Shown here: positions 19,701 to 28,421 of the stretch, piece by piece
How positions within the stretch are numbered: the first letter of the stretch is position 1
How the letters are laid out: each line of letters starts with the position of its first letter
Assembly (NCBI GenBank): GCA_027623195.1
Contig: JAQBUT010000009.1
Location: 26,528-90,527, forward strand
Reading direction: 5' to 3'
DNA length: 64,000 nucleotides
Source: Chloroflexota bacterium
Lineage (GTDB): Bacteria; Chloroflexota; Dehalococcoidia; Lucifugimonadales; JADFKI01
The notes under the pieces: generated by a model
Database searches by the model: none
What the model was told of the DNA's origin: nothing
What the model saw: only the letters and a program-made list of their open reading frames with translations
Position numbers and translations under genes: made by a program

Positions 19701-21746
19701 ATGCCTCAGTTTAGCACTGAAAAATTACGAAACGTCGTTCTTATGTCACACAGCGGTGCGGGCAAAACTATACTTTCCGAGGCCATGCTGCATACAGCCG
19801 GCGTCACGAACCGGCTTGGCTCGATAGAGGACGGGACCACCGTTTCAGATTTCGAGCCAGAGGAGGAGCGTCGTAGAGGCAGCGTGCAGACCTCGGTCAT
19901 TACGTGTCCGTGGCGCAACATCAAAATCAACCTTCTGGACACACCAGGTTACGCCGACTTCCGAGGCGAGGTGATCTCGGCGACGCGAGTAGCCGACGCG
20001 GCAGTGATGGTCATAGCATGTCCATCCGGTGTAGAGGTAGGCACCACGCAGTTGTGGAAAATGGCCGATGAGAGGAATCTGCCGCGTGTGGTCTTCCTCA
20101 GCAAGATGGACAGGGAGAACGCAGACTTCGAACGCGCAATGGAGTCCATTACCCAACGATTTGGTCGGGAGTGCGTACCAGTCCAAATCCCCATAGGTTC
20201 TGAGGCTAATTTCTCCGGCATCGTGAACCTGCTTGACCCCAAATCACAGGCGCCGGATGCACTAGCCGACCAGGTCGCGGCAGCCCGGGAACGGCTCATT
20301 GAAGCGGTGGCCGAAGCCGATGATGATCTCGCCAACAAGTACCTGGAGGGCGATGAGATTACTCAGGCCGAGATGATTGCCGGGCTCAAACAGGGTGTCA
20401 TCGCCGGGCTCATCACCCCTGTTATGGTCGGGGCATCCACCGCAGAAATAGGGGTCAAGGAGCTTCTGGACGCTATATTAGACTTCCTGCCCTCGCCCGC
20501 AGATGTTGGTTCTGTAATAGCCGTAGCTGCTGATGGCGAGACTTCCCTGCCCCCCAACAACGATGGGCCTTTGGCGGCTCTGGTATTCAAGACTGCCGCT
20601 GACCAGTTTGTGGGGAAGCTTTCTTTCTTCCGCGTTTATAGCGGCAACTTTTCCAGCGATTCTCAATTATGGGACGCCAACACCAGCGAGACGGAACGAA
20701 TCGGACAAGTCTTCGTGGTAAACGGCAAGGAGCAAGAGGCGGTACCCGATCTAGCCACGGGTGACATCGGCGCGACGTCGAAGCTGAACTCTGTGATAAC
20801 AGGTCATACTCTGTGCGCCAGAGAAAATCAGATGATATTAAAAGACCTGGAGTTCCCGCCACCCGTTTACCAGATGGCTGTTTTCCCCAAATCACAGGTC
20901 GACGTCGATAAGATGAGCAGCTCCTTGGCACGCATAGTAGAAGAGGACCCTAGCCTAACGGTAACGCGCGACCCCAACACCTTGGAAACACTACTCGGCG
21001 GGCTGGGCGACACCCACTTGGAAATCGCGGTAGAAAAGATGAAACGAAAATTCGGCTGCGAGATGGTTCTGGAACTGCCCAAAATTGCCTACAAGGAAAC
21101 GGTGGCCGGCACCGCCAAGGTGGAGTACCGGCACAAGAAACAGTCCGGCGGGCATGGCCAGTACGGTCACGTATGGCTGGAGATCGAACCGTTGGAGCGA
21201 GGCAGTGGATTCCAGTTTGCCCAAACTGTCGTAGGCGGGTCGGTGCCAAGGGAGTACATCCCGTCGGTGGAAAAGGGCGTATCCAAGGCGATGAGCGACG
21301 GCGCAATTGCCGGTTACCCAATTGTGGACGTAAAGGCGACTCTAATCGACGGCAGCTTCCACACCGTCGACTCCTCCGGCATCTGCTTTGAGATCGCCGG
21401 GGCCCATGCGCTGGTCATGGGGGTGCAACAAGCAAATCCCGTACTGCTGGAACCCGTCATGCAGGTACACGTAATCGTGCCTGATGAGTTCGCAGGGGAC
21501 ATCATCGGAGACATGAACGCCAAGCGCGGACGCATTCACGGCATGGCGCCCCAGGGCGACGGTACGACTCTCGTTGAGGCCGACGCCCCGCAGGCTGAAA
21601 TGCTACGGTACGCCACAGACCTTCGTTCCATGACACAGGGCCAAGGAACGTTCTCCATGGAGTTCGATCACTATGAACAGGTTCCTGCCCACCTACTTGA
21701 TAAAGTAATCGAGGATTCCAGGGTGCGGGAGGAGGCCAGGGCGTAG
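19701..21746 (+). CDS. fusA: Elongation factor G paralog (EF-G2 type)
   Basis: SHSGAGKT, DTPGYADF, SKMD, KKQSGGHGQYG, HTVDSS, domain V; AAGGAG RBS; stand-alone, outside the str operon. Confidence 0.9.
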   Translation: MPQFSTEKLRNVVLMSHSGAGKTILSEAMLHTAGVTNRLGSIEDGTTVSDFEPEEERRRGSVQTSVITCPWRNIKINLLDTPGYADFRGEVISATRVADAAVMVIACPSGVEVGTTQLWKMADERNLPRVVFLSKMDRENADFERAMESITQRFGRECVPVQIPIGSEANFSGIVNLLDPKSQAPDALADQVAAARERLIEAVAEADDDLANKYLEGDEITQAEMIAGLKQGVIAGLITPVMVGASTAEIGVKELLDAILDFLPSPADVGSVIAVAADGETSLPPNNDGPLAALVFKTAADQFVGKLSFFRVYSGNFSSDSQLWDANTSETERIGQVFVVNGKEQEAVPDLATGDIGATSKLNSVITGHTLCARENQMILKDLEFPPPVYQMAVFPKSQVDVDKMSSSLARIVEEDPSLTVTRDPNTLETLLGGLGDTHLEIAVEKMKRKFGCEMVLELPKIAYKETVAGTAKVEYRHKKQSGGHGQYGHVWLEIEPLERGSGFQFAQTVVGGSVPREYIPSVEKGVSKAMSDGAIAGYPIVDVKATLIDGSFHTVDSSGICFEIAGAHALVMGVQQANPVLLEPVMQVHVIVPDEFAGDIIGDMNAKRGRIHGMAPQGDGTTLVEADAPQAEMLRYATDLRSMTQGQGTFSMEFDHYEQVPAHLLDKVIEDSRVREEARA

Positions 21747-21767
21747 GTTCTAGATAATATTGGGAAG

Positions 21768-21800
21768 AAAAAAGGGTCTGCCAAATGGCAGACCCTTTTG
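21768..21800. terminator. Bidirectional intrinsic terminator
   Basis: AAAAGGGTCTGCCA/TGGCAGACCCTTTT. Confidence 0.85.
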
Positions 21801-21836
21801 ATTCTTGGCGTGTAATAACCCTACAAGGAAATCGGG

Positions 21837-22277
21837 TTATTCTCCTCTGGCGGACCAGATGGTCTGGTAATTTTCACCCCGGATTACCGCGGCCATCTCT
21901 TCTTTTTCCATGCGAATCAGGTCAGATAGCACATTCTCGCACTGACGCACCATCTCGGTATCGCCGCTATCTTGAAATCTCCGGACAATGCGTTCCCACA
22001 AGCCCAGATTGACCAGACTATCCACATACCTGGGCCAGGGCACCACGGTTAGGTTATGCACTCGAGGAAAACCAGGACGCAACCTTCGAATACTACGCAA
22101 ACGCTCCTGAGGGGAAGCAACCATAGGCATGATCTTCACCATCGGTCTTGCGTCCACGTTTGACCTCGTATCGATGACGACAGATTTGCGGAATGTCGGA
22201 AAGAAGATCGACATTACCTCGGCGGTATTAATGCTGCTCATTATCTCGTCGAGGTCGAAGACGAAATCATTGTCCAT
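21837..22277 (-). CDS. Hypothetical protein
   Basis: 146-aa ORF with RBS directly downstream of etfA; natural composition; no recognised motif. Confidence 0.75.
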   Translation of the reverse strand: MDNDFVFDLDEIMSSINTAEVMSIFFPTFRKSVVIDTRSNVDARPMVKIMPMVASPQERLRSIRRLRPGFPRVHNLTVVPWPRYVDSLVNLGLWERIVRRFQDSGDTEMVRQCENVLSDLIRMEKEEMAAVIRGENYQTIWSARGE

Positions 22278-22322
22278 TACAGCCTCTTTTCCCTTGCTTG
22301 TCTGGCTTGTTCACAACGTCGG

Positions 22323-23315
22323 TTAAGAATTGACGAGTTCCCGAACGGTTTCTATGAACGAAGGCATTACATTCTTCCAGTCACCAACAACTCCAAAGCT
22401 GGCTGCTTTGAATATGTTAGCATCGGCATCGCGATTGATGGCAACGATGTTCTTGGATGCAGCGCAACCAGCCATATGCTGGCTTGCGCCAGAAATGCCT
22501 ACTGTAATGTAAATATCGGGAGTGATGGTCTTGCCGGTTAGGCCCACCTGATAACTATGGTCTATCCACCCGGCGTCGCACACGGCACGGGATGCTCCTA
22601 CTGCGCCGCCCAAAATACGGGCCAACTCGTGAAGCATTTCGAAGGCCTCAGCTCCGCCGATTCCTCTGCCTCCGCCCACAACAACGACGGCATCTTCCAG
22701 GCGAACCCCCTCCGACTCCTGCCTCACGGTCTGCACAAGCCTTGCCCTGACAATCGACGGGTCGAGACCTGGATTAAACGTTACGACCTCACCCGTTCGG
22801 GATGAGTCCGCCCCTAGCGGCTCCACCGCCTTTGGCCTCACAACCAAAACCTGCATGCCGTCGCCAGGGAAGGTGACTTTGGCCAGAGCGTTACCACCAT
22901 ATACAGGCCGGGTTGCTACAACTCTCCCAGTAGCGGAGTCTGTGGTCATCTCAATGCAGTCCTGTGCGACGCCAACGCCGTGCCTGAATGCCAGCCTTGG
23001 CCCTAAATCTCGCCCAACAGGCGTCCTGCCAAAAAGCGCCACCGAGGGCTTCACTTCAATGCAAACCGCCTCAAATGCCCCTAATTGTGCGTCTGCCTGT
23101 GGGTCCTCCAGAAGAGGATCCTGAACGGAGTAGACCTTATCAGCGCCTCGGGCAATGGCGTCTTGCGAGGCCGCATCAGCGCCACTTCCCAGTAACGCTA
23201 CTGTCACCTCATCTCCGGAACCCGCACTCAATCCACGTGCAGCGGCCAGAAGTTCGGAAGTTATTGATTGTAGACCGTTCTGCCCGATCTCCCCGAATAC
23301 CAGTATTCCACCCAT
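22323..23315 (-). CDS. etfA: Electron transfer flavoprotein alpha subunit
   Basis: RPVYGGN, GGRG, GASRA, QVGLTGK, GISGASQH, IN.D..ANIF. Confidence 0.95.
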   Translation of the reverse strand: MGGILVFGEIGQNGLQSITSELLAAARGLSAGSGDEVTVALLGSGADAASQDAIARGADKVYSVQDPLLEDPQADAQLGAFEAVCIEVKPSVALFGRTPVGRDLGPRLAFRHGVGVAQDCIEMTTDSATGRVVATRPVYGGNALAKVTFPGDGMQVLVVRPKAVEPLGADSSRTGEVVTFNPGLDPSIVRARLVQTVRQESEGVRLEDAVVVVGGGRGIGGAEAFEMLHELARILGGAVGASRAVCDAGWIDHSYQVGLTGKTITPDIYITVGISGASQHMAGCAASKNIVAINRDADANIFKAASFGVVGDWKNVMPSFIETVRELVNS

Positions 23316-23325
23316 GCCTACTCCA

Positions 23326-24126
23326 TCAAATTAGTTTTTCTTCGCGTAGACGTAACGCCAATTTACGACCGGCGTCCGCTTCGTCCTCGCCTTCAATGAT
23401 TTCCACCCGCTTATCACTAACCGGAATGAACAGCTCAGTTAGCGTCAATCTGGGCGACAAAGATTCGGCGTCCAGGCCTAGGTCAGCCGCAGACCATATC
23501 GTAGGCGTCTTTCGGCTGGCCTGCATAATTCCACGCAAATTCGGATACCTGGGTTCCCCAAGCTCGTTGCTGACCGTAATTACCGCCGGAAGCTGGGATT
23601 CCACAACCTCATAACCATCGGTAAGGGACCTCTGAATAGAAATCATTCCATCCGCCACGTCCACCTTCTGCGCAAGCGTGATGCTCGGCAGACCTAGTAG
23701 TTCGGCCAATCCCAACGGTACGTGGGCCTGGTCCCAATCGGAGGCTTGCCTACCACAGAGGATTAAGTCGTACTCGCCTACCTTCTCAATGGCTTTTGCC
23801 AAGGTGGTGGCAGTGGCAAAGGCGTCCAACTCGGAGACCGATTCGTCCTGAACCAGAATCAGTTCGTCGGCACCCATGGACAGTGGCTTTTTCATGACGT
23901 CCATAACGAAATTGTTGCCCACTGAAATAACGGTGATCTTGTCCACTTCAGTGCTGTCTTTCAAACGAAGTGCGGCCTCAACTGCGTTCTCGTCGAAGCC
24001 ATTCACGACGGGAGGAATCCCCTGGGCGGGTATAACCTTGTTTGTGTCCGAATCCACCTTAAAAGCAGACGCCGGCGTCTCAGGGTCCATTACCTGCTTG
24101 ACGCATACGACTATTTTAATTCCCAT
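23326..24126 (-). CDS. etfB: Electron transfer flavoprotein beta subunit
   Basis: VCVKQV, N.FDENAVE, CGRQASD, EPRYP. Confidence 0.95.
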   Translation of the reverse strand: MGIKIVVCVKQVMDPETPASAFKVDSDTNKVIPAQGIPPVVNGFDENAVEAALRLKDSTEVDKITVISVGNNFVMDVMKKPLSMGADELILVQDESVSELDAFATATTLAKAIEKVGEYDLILCGRQASDWDQAHVPLGLAELLGLPSITLAQKVDVADGMISIQRSLTDGYEVVESQLPAVITVSNELGEPRYPNLRGIMQASRKTPTIWSAADLGLDAESLSPRLTLTELFIPVSDKRVEIIEGEDEADAGRKLALRLREEKLI

Positions 24127-24794
24127 TCAATCCTCTTCCCCTATTATTGTCTCGCCAACTCTCCACCGTCATCTGCCGATTTTCAAGATCAAAACTATTA
24201 CTCTAATGCCGCAACTAGGAGTCCAGGAAAATGCGACATTCAGACAGGCAAGAACTCAATTCATGTAAATGTCTAAAATCCGGCCGTTACATTGTTCTAC
24301 TAAGCGTGTTGCAATGCAAGGATTTTGCCGCCAGCAACACGCAACTCGTCCCGAGGAGCATGCGTTAGTTTCGGGCTCAACAACGCTGCTGCAAGAAACA
24401 TCCGGCTCAAGGAGACAGCCGTGTCCAACATTAGCACTATTGCCAATCCCCATTTCAGAGCTATTAGACTGGCCCAAAATTAGTGCCGTTCGCAGTGCGT
24501 TTCTTACGGATATCACAGGCAGAAATGGTATTAAGAACCGTCGTATGTGTCAATTGCCTGCCAGCGCCGACGACCCTGGATTCTGGACAACCTGCCTTCC
24601 TAGAAAACTCCATGGACCCAATAAATTTCTAACGAAATTCCTTCTAAATTTTAGCTTTTTCTTGTTTTTATATAAAAATTATCTCTTTTCCACTGCTATT
24701 GCATAGCACTAAAGGATATTCGCACAACGCACCTATCACCTCATAGCCTAATGCTGTCAAGCAATTAACGTTACGTAAATTTCAATTTTACTGC

Positions 24795-24823
24795 TTGACT
24801 TCTTTTTATACTTTTATTAAAAT
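24795..24823 (+). promoter_or_regulatory. Sigma70-type promoter
   Basis: TTGACT-N17-TAAAAT in an AT-rich region. Confidence 0.65.
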
Positions 24824-25031
24824 TAGCTTAGTCTTAATCACAGTTATCAACCAACTGTTGAACAGCAGATATGCACCCGATAGTTCCCCCAATAGGAATG
24901 GGTGCTGACGTCAAGACACCAGACAAATGAAAGTGCTCCCATGAGTACAACAAACGTTTCGCAATGTTTGAGCAAAAGAAAAATACTTGCTATTGGGTTA
25001 ACAAGATTCAGTTAATGGGGGAGGTGTAATT

Positions 25032-25508
25032 TTGGTAAGTCCCGCAGGTGATCACAGTAGTCACTACTCACCGGCCATTGAGCCGTATCGAATCCACGGA
25101 CCGGAGCTTGTTGTTACGCCCCGCCAGTTCGTCTGTCCCCGATGTGATTCGCAGCTTCGAATGAATTATAACGAACCTCAATGCCTACAGTGCGGATACG
25201 TGGATTACGAATACGCCCCTCCTGTTGATGCCAACAAGCCCAAGAGCATTCTCAGCGCCGGCACCAGGTACGTCCTCCGATACGTCGGTGATTTCACCTC
25301 GTTGGATGAGACGCTGACGTATGTGCAGCTTCGTAGAGTGAGAAACCGTGTCGTTTTCGGTGTGACATGTCCCTTTTGCCAGAGCCAGATGGATCAGTCC
25401 TCACTGTCCGGTAAACGACGAGAAGTCCGCGAGGAGCGGTACAAGTGCACCGAGGGCCACCGAGTATCGCTTACCCCAGCGAAAAATGGCGGGCTCGGCT
25501 GGAAGTAA
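25032..25508 (+). CDS. Hypothetical double zinc-ribbon protein
   Basis: CPRC...CLQC and CPFC...CTEGH; GGAGGTG RBS before TTG. Confidence 0.8.
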   Translation: MVSPAGDHSSHYSPAIEPYRIHGPELVVTPRQFVCPRCDSQLRMNYNEPQCLQCGYVDYEYAPPVDANKPKSILSAGTRYVLRYVGDFTSLDETLTYVQLRRVRNRVVFGVTCPFCQSQMDQSSLSGKRREVREERYKCTEGHRVSLTPAKNGGLGWK

Positions 25509-25631
25509 ACTCACACAAATAATTGACCATTTGATGCGCCAACTTGAAGCACTTCAAACGGAAGACTAGAATGACCAGGTAATTCGAGAGACCGCCTCAA
25601 ATCACCTGGTCATTTTGATTTTGGGGACTCC

Positions 25632-26501
25632 ATGCCACAGATTGCAGCCAGCTCCCTGGAACAGGGACGCAGACCATTAATCATCTGCGACTTCTCGCCT
25701 CCACGCGGGTTCGATACGGAACTACTTGAACCAGCGCGGTTCCTGGACGTCGACTGGATATCAATTGCCTACAACCCTGGCCGGTCTGTCAGAGTCAACT
25801 CTGCCTTCGCCGCACAGTGGGTCAAAGCCAATACCGGCAAAGACGTAGTCTTCACCCTGGCCACCAGAGACATGAACAAGCTGGCCGTCCAAAGCCTGCT
25901 CCTGGGAGCGCAACTCCTCGGACTGGAAAACGTGGTTGTGGTCAGAGGCGACGACTTCACCGAGCGCGACCTGGCTGCGAATAAGTCCGTCAATGACTTC
26001 ACTCCCAGCCAAATGATTACATCAATTGCAACCATGAACGAGGGTCTGGATTTCAAGGGGCTAAAGTTACGGCAGCCTACTAGGCTCTGCGTTGGCGCCA
26101 CAATCGACATGGCTCGGGGTATGGATCGCGAACTTTTACTCACGAACAGGAAAATACGCTCCGGGGCCCAGTTTCTTATGTCCCAACCAACGTTCAGCTC
26201 CGAAACGCCTCGCATATTTCACGAGCAGTACGTTGAGCGCTTCAGGGAAGCGATCACCATTCCCATTTTCCACGGCGTACAGGTCATGGTTCCCGAGGGC
26301 ATCGCATTTGGAGACATACCCAGGTGGGTAACAGACGACCTTGCCAAGGGACGACCTGGCCGCGATGTAGCCTTACAGATTCTTGAGGATTTCGCGTCTG
26401 CAGGCCTGAATACCATCTACCTGGTTCCTCCCATCCTGCGCGGCGGCGGCCGGGATTATGAGACCACTCAGTCGGTTCTGGAAGTTGTCAGGGGCCAATA
26501 G
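25632..26501 (+). CDS. Methylenetetrahydrofolate reductase-family protein (MetF-like)
   Basis: DFSPPRG, TLATRDMN, VRGD, K..SGAQFLMSQP. Confidence 0.8.
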   Translation: MPQIAASSLEQGRRPLIICDFSPPRGFDTELLEPARFLDVDWISIAYNPGRSVRVNSAFAAQWVKANTGKDVVFTLATRDMNKLAVQSLLLGAQLLGLENVVVVRGDDFTERDLAANKSVNDFTPSQMITSIATMNEGLDFKGLKLRQPTRLCVGATIDMARGMDRELLLTNRKIRSGAQFLMSQPTFSSETPRIFHEQYVERFREAITIPIFHGVQVMVPEGIAFGDIPRWVTDDLAKGRPGRDVALQILEDFASAGLNTIYLVPPILRGGGRDYETTQSVLEVVRGQ

Positions 26502-26632
26502 TCCATTGGGATTTACGAGAGCCTGCTCCCTGGGATGGCCTGGATTTCCTTCCAAGTATTCTGCACCAACGAAAGAAAGAAATTTGGGTTGGGGTACATG
26601 GAAATAGGCTTAGCAATAGTTAATGCGACTCG

Positions 26633-26661
26633 TTGACGGTACGTCTCACTCTGGCTATAAT
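26633..26661 (+). promoter_or_regulatory. Sigma70-type promoter for the microprotein pair
   Basis: TTGACG-N17-TATAAT. Confidence 0.75.
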
Positions 26662-26695
26662 CATAGTCAAACAAGGGCTTAAGAGGTAACGGAAT

Positions 26696-26812
26696 TTGGC
26701 GAACGAAACAGGCAAAAGGTATTCTTGCTCGAAGTGCGGTTCGGAATTTGTTGTGACCAGGGGTGGTGATGGAACCATTGTCTGCTGCACCGAACCCATG
26801 ACCCAAAAGTAA
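26696..26812 (+). CDS. Desulforedoxin-like microprotein, 38 aa (not in ORF track)
   Basis: MANETGKRYSCSKCGSEFVVTRGGDGTIVCCTEPMTQK: Y-x-C-x2-C-G...CC-x2-PM pattern; AGAGG RBS, TTG start. Confidence 0.85.
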   Translation: MANETGKRYSCSKCGSEFVVTRGGDGTIVCCTEPMTQK

Positions 26813-26884
26813 TTGGCATTTAAAATCTGCAATGGATTGGAGTCCGTTGCGGAATTCCAACAATAATTACGAGGATTTGGATAT

Positions 26885-27028
26885 ATGGCAAACCAGCTTG
26901 GACGACGGTATCAGTGTGAGACCTGTGGATCTATGGTCCTCTGCACCAAGGCGGGAGAGGGCGTAATCCTATGCCACGATGTCGAGATGCCTGTGCAGCA
27001 GCCGCGAAAACTCCCCTCCTCCGACTAA
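26885..27028 (+). CDS. Desulforedoxin-like microprotein, 47 aa (not in ORF track)
   Basis: MANQLGRRYQCETCGSMVLCTKAGEGVILCHDVEMPVQQPRKLPSSD; GAGGA RBS; paralog of the upstream gene. Confidence 0.85.
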   Translation: MANQLGRRYQCETCGSMVLCTKAGEGVILCHDVEMPVQQPRKLPSSD

Positions 27029-27073
27029 GCAGCAGGGGTAGCTCCACTTCAATTACGCAGGGCTCACGTAAAT

Positions 27074-27352
27074 CTATTGTTGAACTGCGTTGGTCTCGGG
27101 TGCCAATTCGATATACCGCACCCTGCTAACGGCGACAAGCAGTGCTACGGCATATAGCGTCGTTAATGCAGGCACTGCCCATGCCCCTCCCATATCCATG
27201 AGTTGACCCATTAATAACGGTCCCACCATAATCGGCAAAAAGTAGATTGGCGCCAAAGCCACACCAATAGTCGCGATGTACTTGGTACCAACGTAGTCAG
27301 CCAGCATTACCCACGGCAGAACTAACGCCGCCCCGTTGACTATTCCCAGCAT
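27074..27352 (-). CDS. Small membrane protein (MFS C-terminal-like helices, possibly a fragment)
   Basis: About three hydrophobic helices, GPLLMGQLMD; immediately downstream of lipA. Confidence 0.5.
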   Translation of the reverse strand: MLGIVNGAALVLPWVMLADYVGTKYIATIGVALAPIYFLPIMVGPLLMGQLMDMGGAWAVPALTTLYAVALLVAVSRVRYIELAPETNAVQQ

Positions 27353-27367
27353 TAGCGGCTAGGAGTG

Positions 27368-28249
27368 CTACACTCCGACTCTTGTGGCCGCCTCGTGCTG
27401 CTCGTCTGCGTGGTAGGAGCTGCGTACAAGCGGGCCGGATGCCACGTTGCTGAACCCCATGGCATGCCCTTCATCCTGAAGCTCCTTGAACTCGTCCGGC
27501 GTGTACCAGCGCGCCAATGGGGCGTGCTTTGGTGAGGGCCGCAGGTACTGGCCTATCGTTAGCAGATCGCAATCCACAGATCGCAAATCGCGCATGGTTT
27601 CCAGTATCTCGTCCCAGGTCTCGCCCAAACCCACCATCATGCCCGACTTGGTGACCGAGCCTGTGGCAAGTTCTTTGGCCTTGGCCAACAACTCTAGCGA
27701 CAGGTCGTAATCACCCTTGGGCCGCACTCGAGAGAAAACCCGTCGCACAGTCTCGATGTTGTGGTTGAGAGTTTCAGGCTTGGCTTCCATAACAGATGCC
27801 AACGCCGCCCAATCGCCCTGGAAGTCGGGAATCAGCACCTCGACCTTACACGTCGGCAGGCGCTTGTGTATTTGGGTGATGCACTGGGCGAATATGAACG
27901 CTCCGCCGTCTGGCAGGTCATCCCTATCCACCGAAGTAATCACGGCGTAGCGCAGACCTAGCTTATGAACCGTCTCGGCTAGCCTCAGCGGCTCCAGCGC
28001 ATCGACCGTCAGTGGCCTTCCTGTATCAACAGCGCAATAAGCGCAAGCCCTTGTGCAAATATCGCCCAGGACCATGAAGGTCGCCGTTTTGCGGTCCCAG
28101 CATTCGCCAATATTGGGACAACGAGCCTCCTCGCAAACGGTGTGAAGCCCCCCACCCTTAATAATCTGCCGAAGCTCCAGGTAGTTGCGCCCGCCAGGCG
28201 CCTTGACCTTCAGCCATTCGGGCAGTCTGCGTTGTGCTTGATCCGCCAT
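27368..28249 (-). CDS. lipA: Lipoyl synthase
   Basis: CEEARCPNIGEC, CTRACAYC, RSSYHA; GGAGG RBS. Confidence 0.97.
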   Translation of the reverse strand: MADQAQRRLPEWLKVKAPGGRNYLELRQIIKGGGLHTVCEEARCPNIGECWDRKTATFMVLGDICTRACAYCAVDTGRPLTVDALEPLRLAETVHKLGLRYAVITSVDRDDLPDGGAFIFAQCITQIHKRLPTCKVEVLIPDFQGDWAALASVMEAKPETLNHNIETVRRVFSRVRPKGDYDLSLELLAKAKELATGSVTKSGMMVGLGETWDEILETMRDLRSVDCDLLTIGQYLRPSPKHAPLARWYTPDEFKELQDEGHAMGFSNVASGPLVRSSYHADEQHEAATRVGV

Positions 28250-28421
28250 GTTGCCTCCGAGTCGCCTCAAAAAGGTACTGTCGACATGATACCAGACGCC
28301 GCCTTAACCCCTATGGAACGCGACAATACAGCGGCACCCGAACGCGGGCCAAAGCTCAAGCACTGTGATACGATTTAACGGCCATCAGGGCCCAATTTAC
28401 CTAACGGAGTACCGGTCGGAA

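Noticed and set aside
24256..24706. ORFs 24269-24706 (+) and 24256-24516 (-)
   Set aside because: No RBS or motifs and atypical composition; likely spurious.
24600..24860. Replication origin
   Set aside because: AT-rich, but I found no cluster of TTATCCACA-type boxes and no dnaA/dnaN context.
26513..26863. Minus-strand ORFs of 116 and 70 aa
   Set aside because: Antisense shadows of the desulforedoxin-like gene and its promoter.
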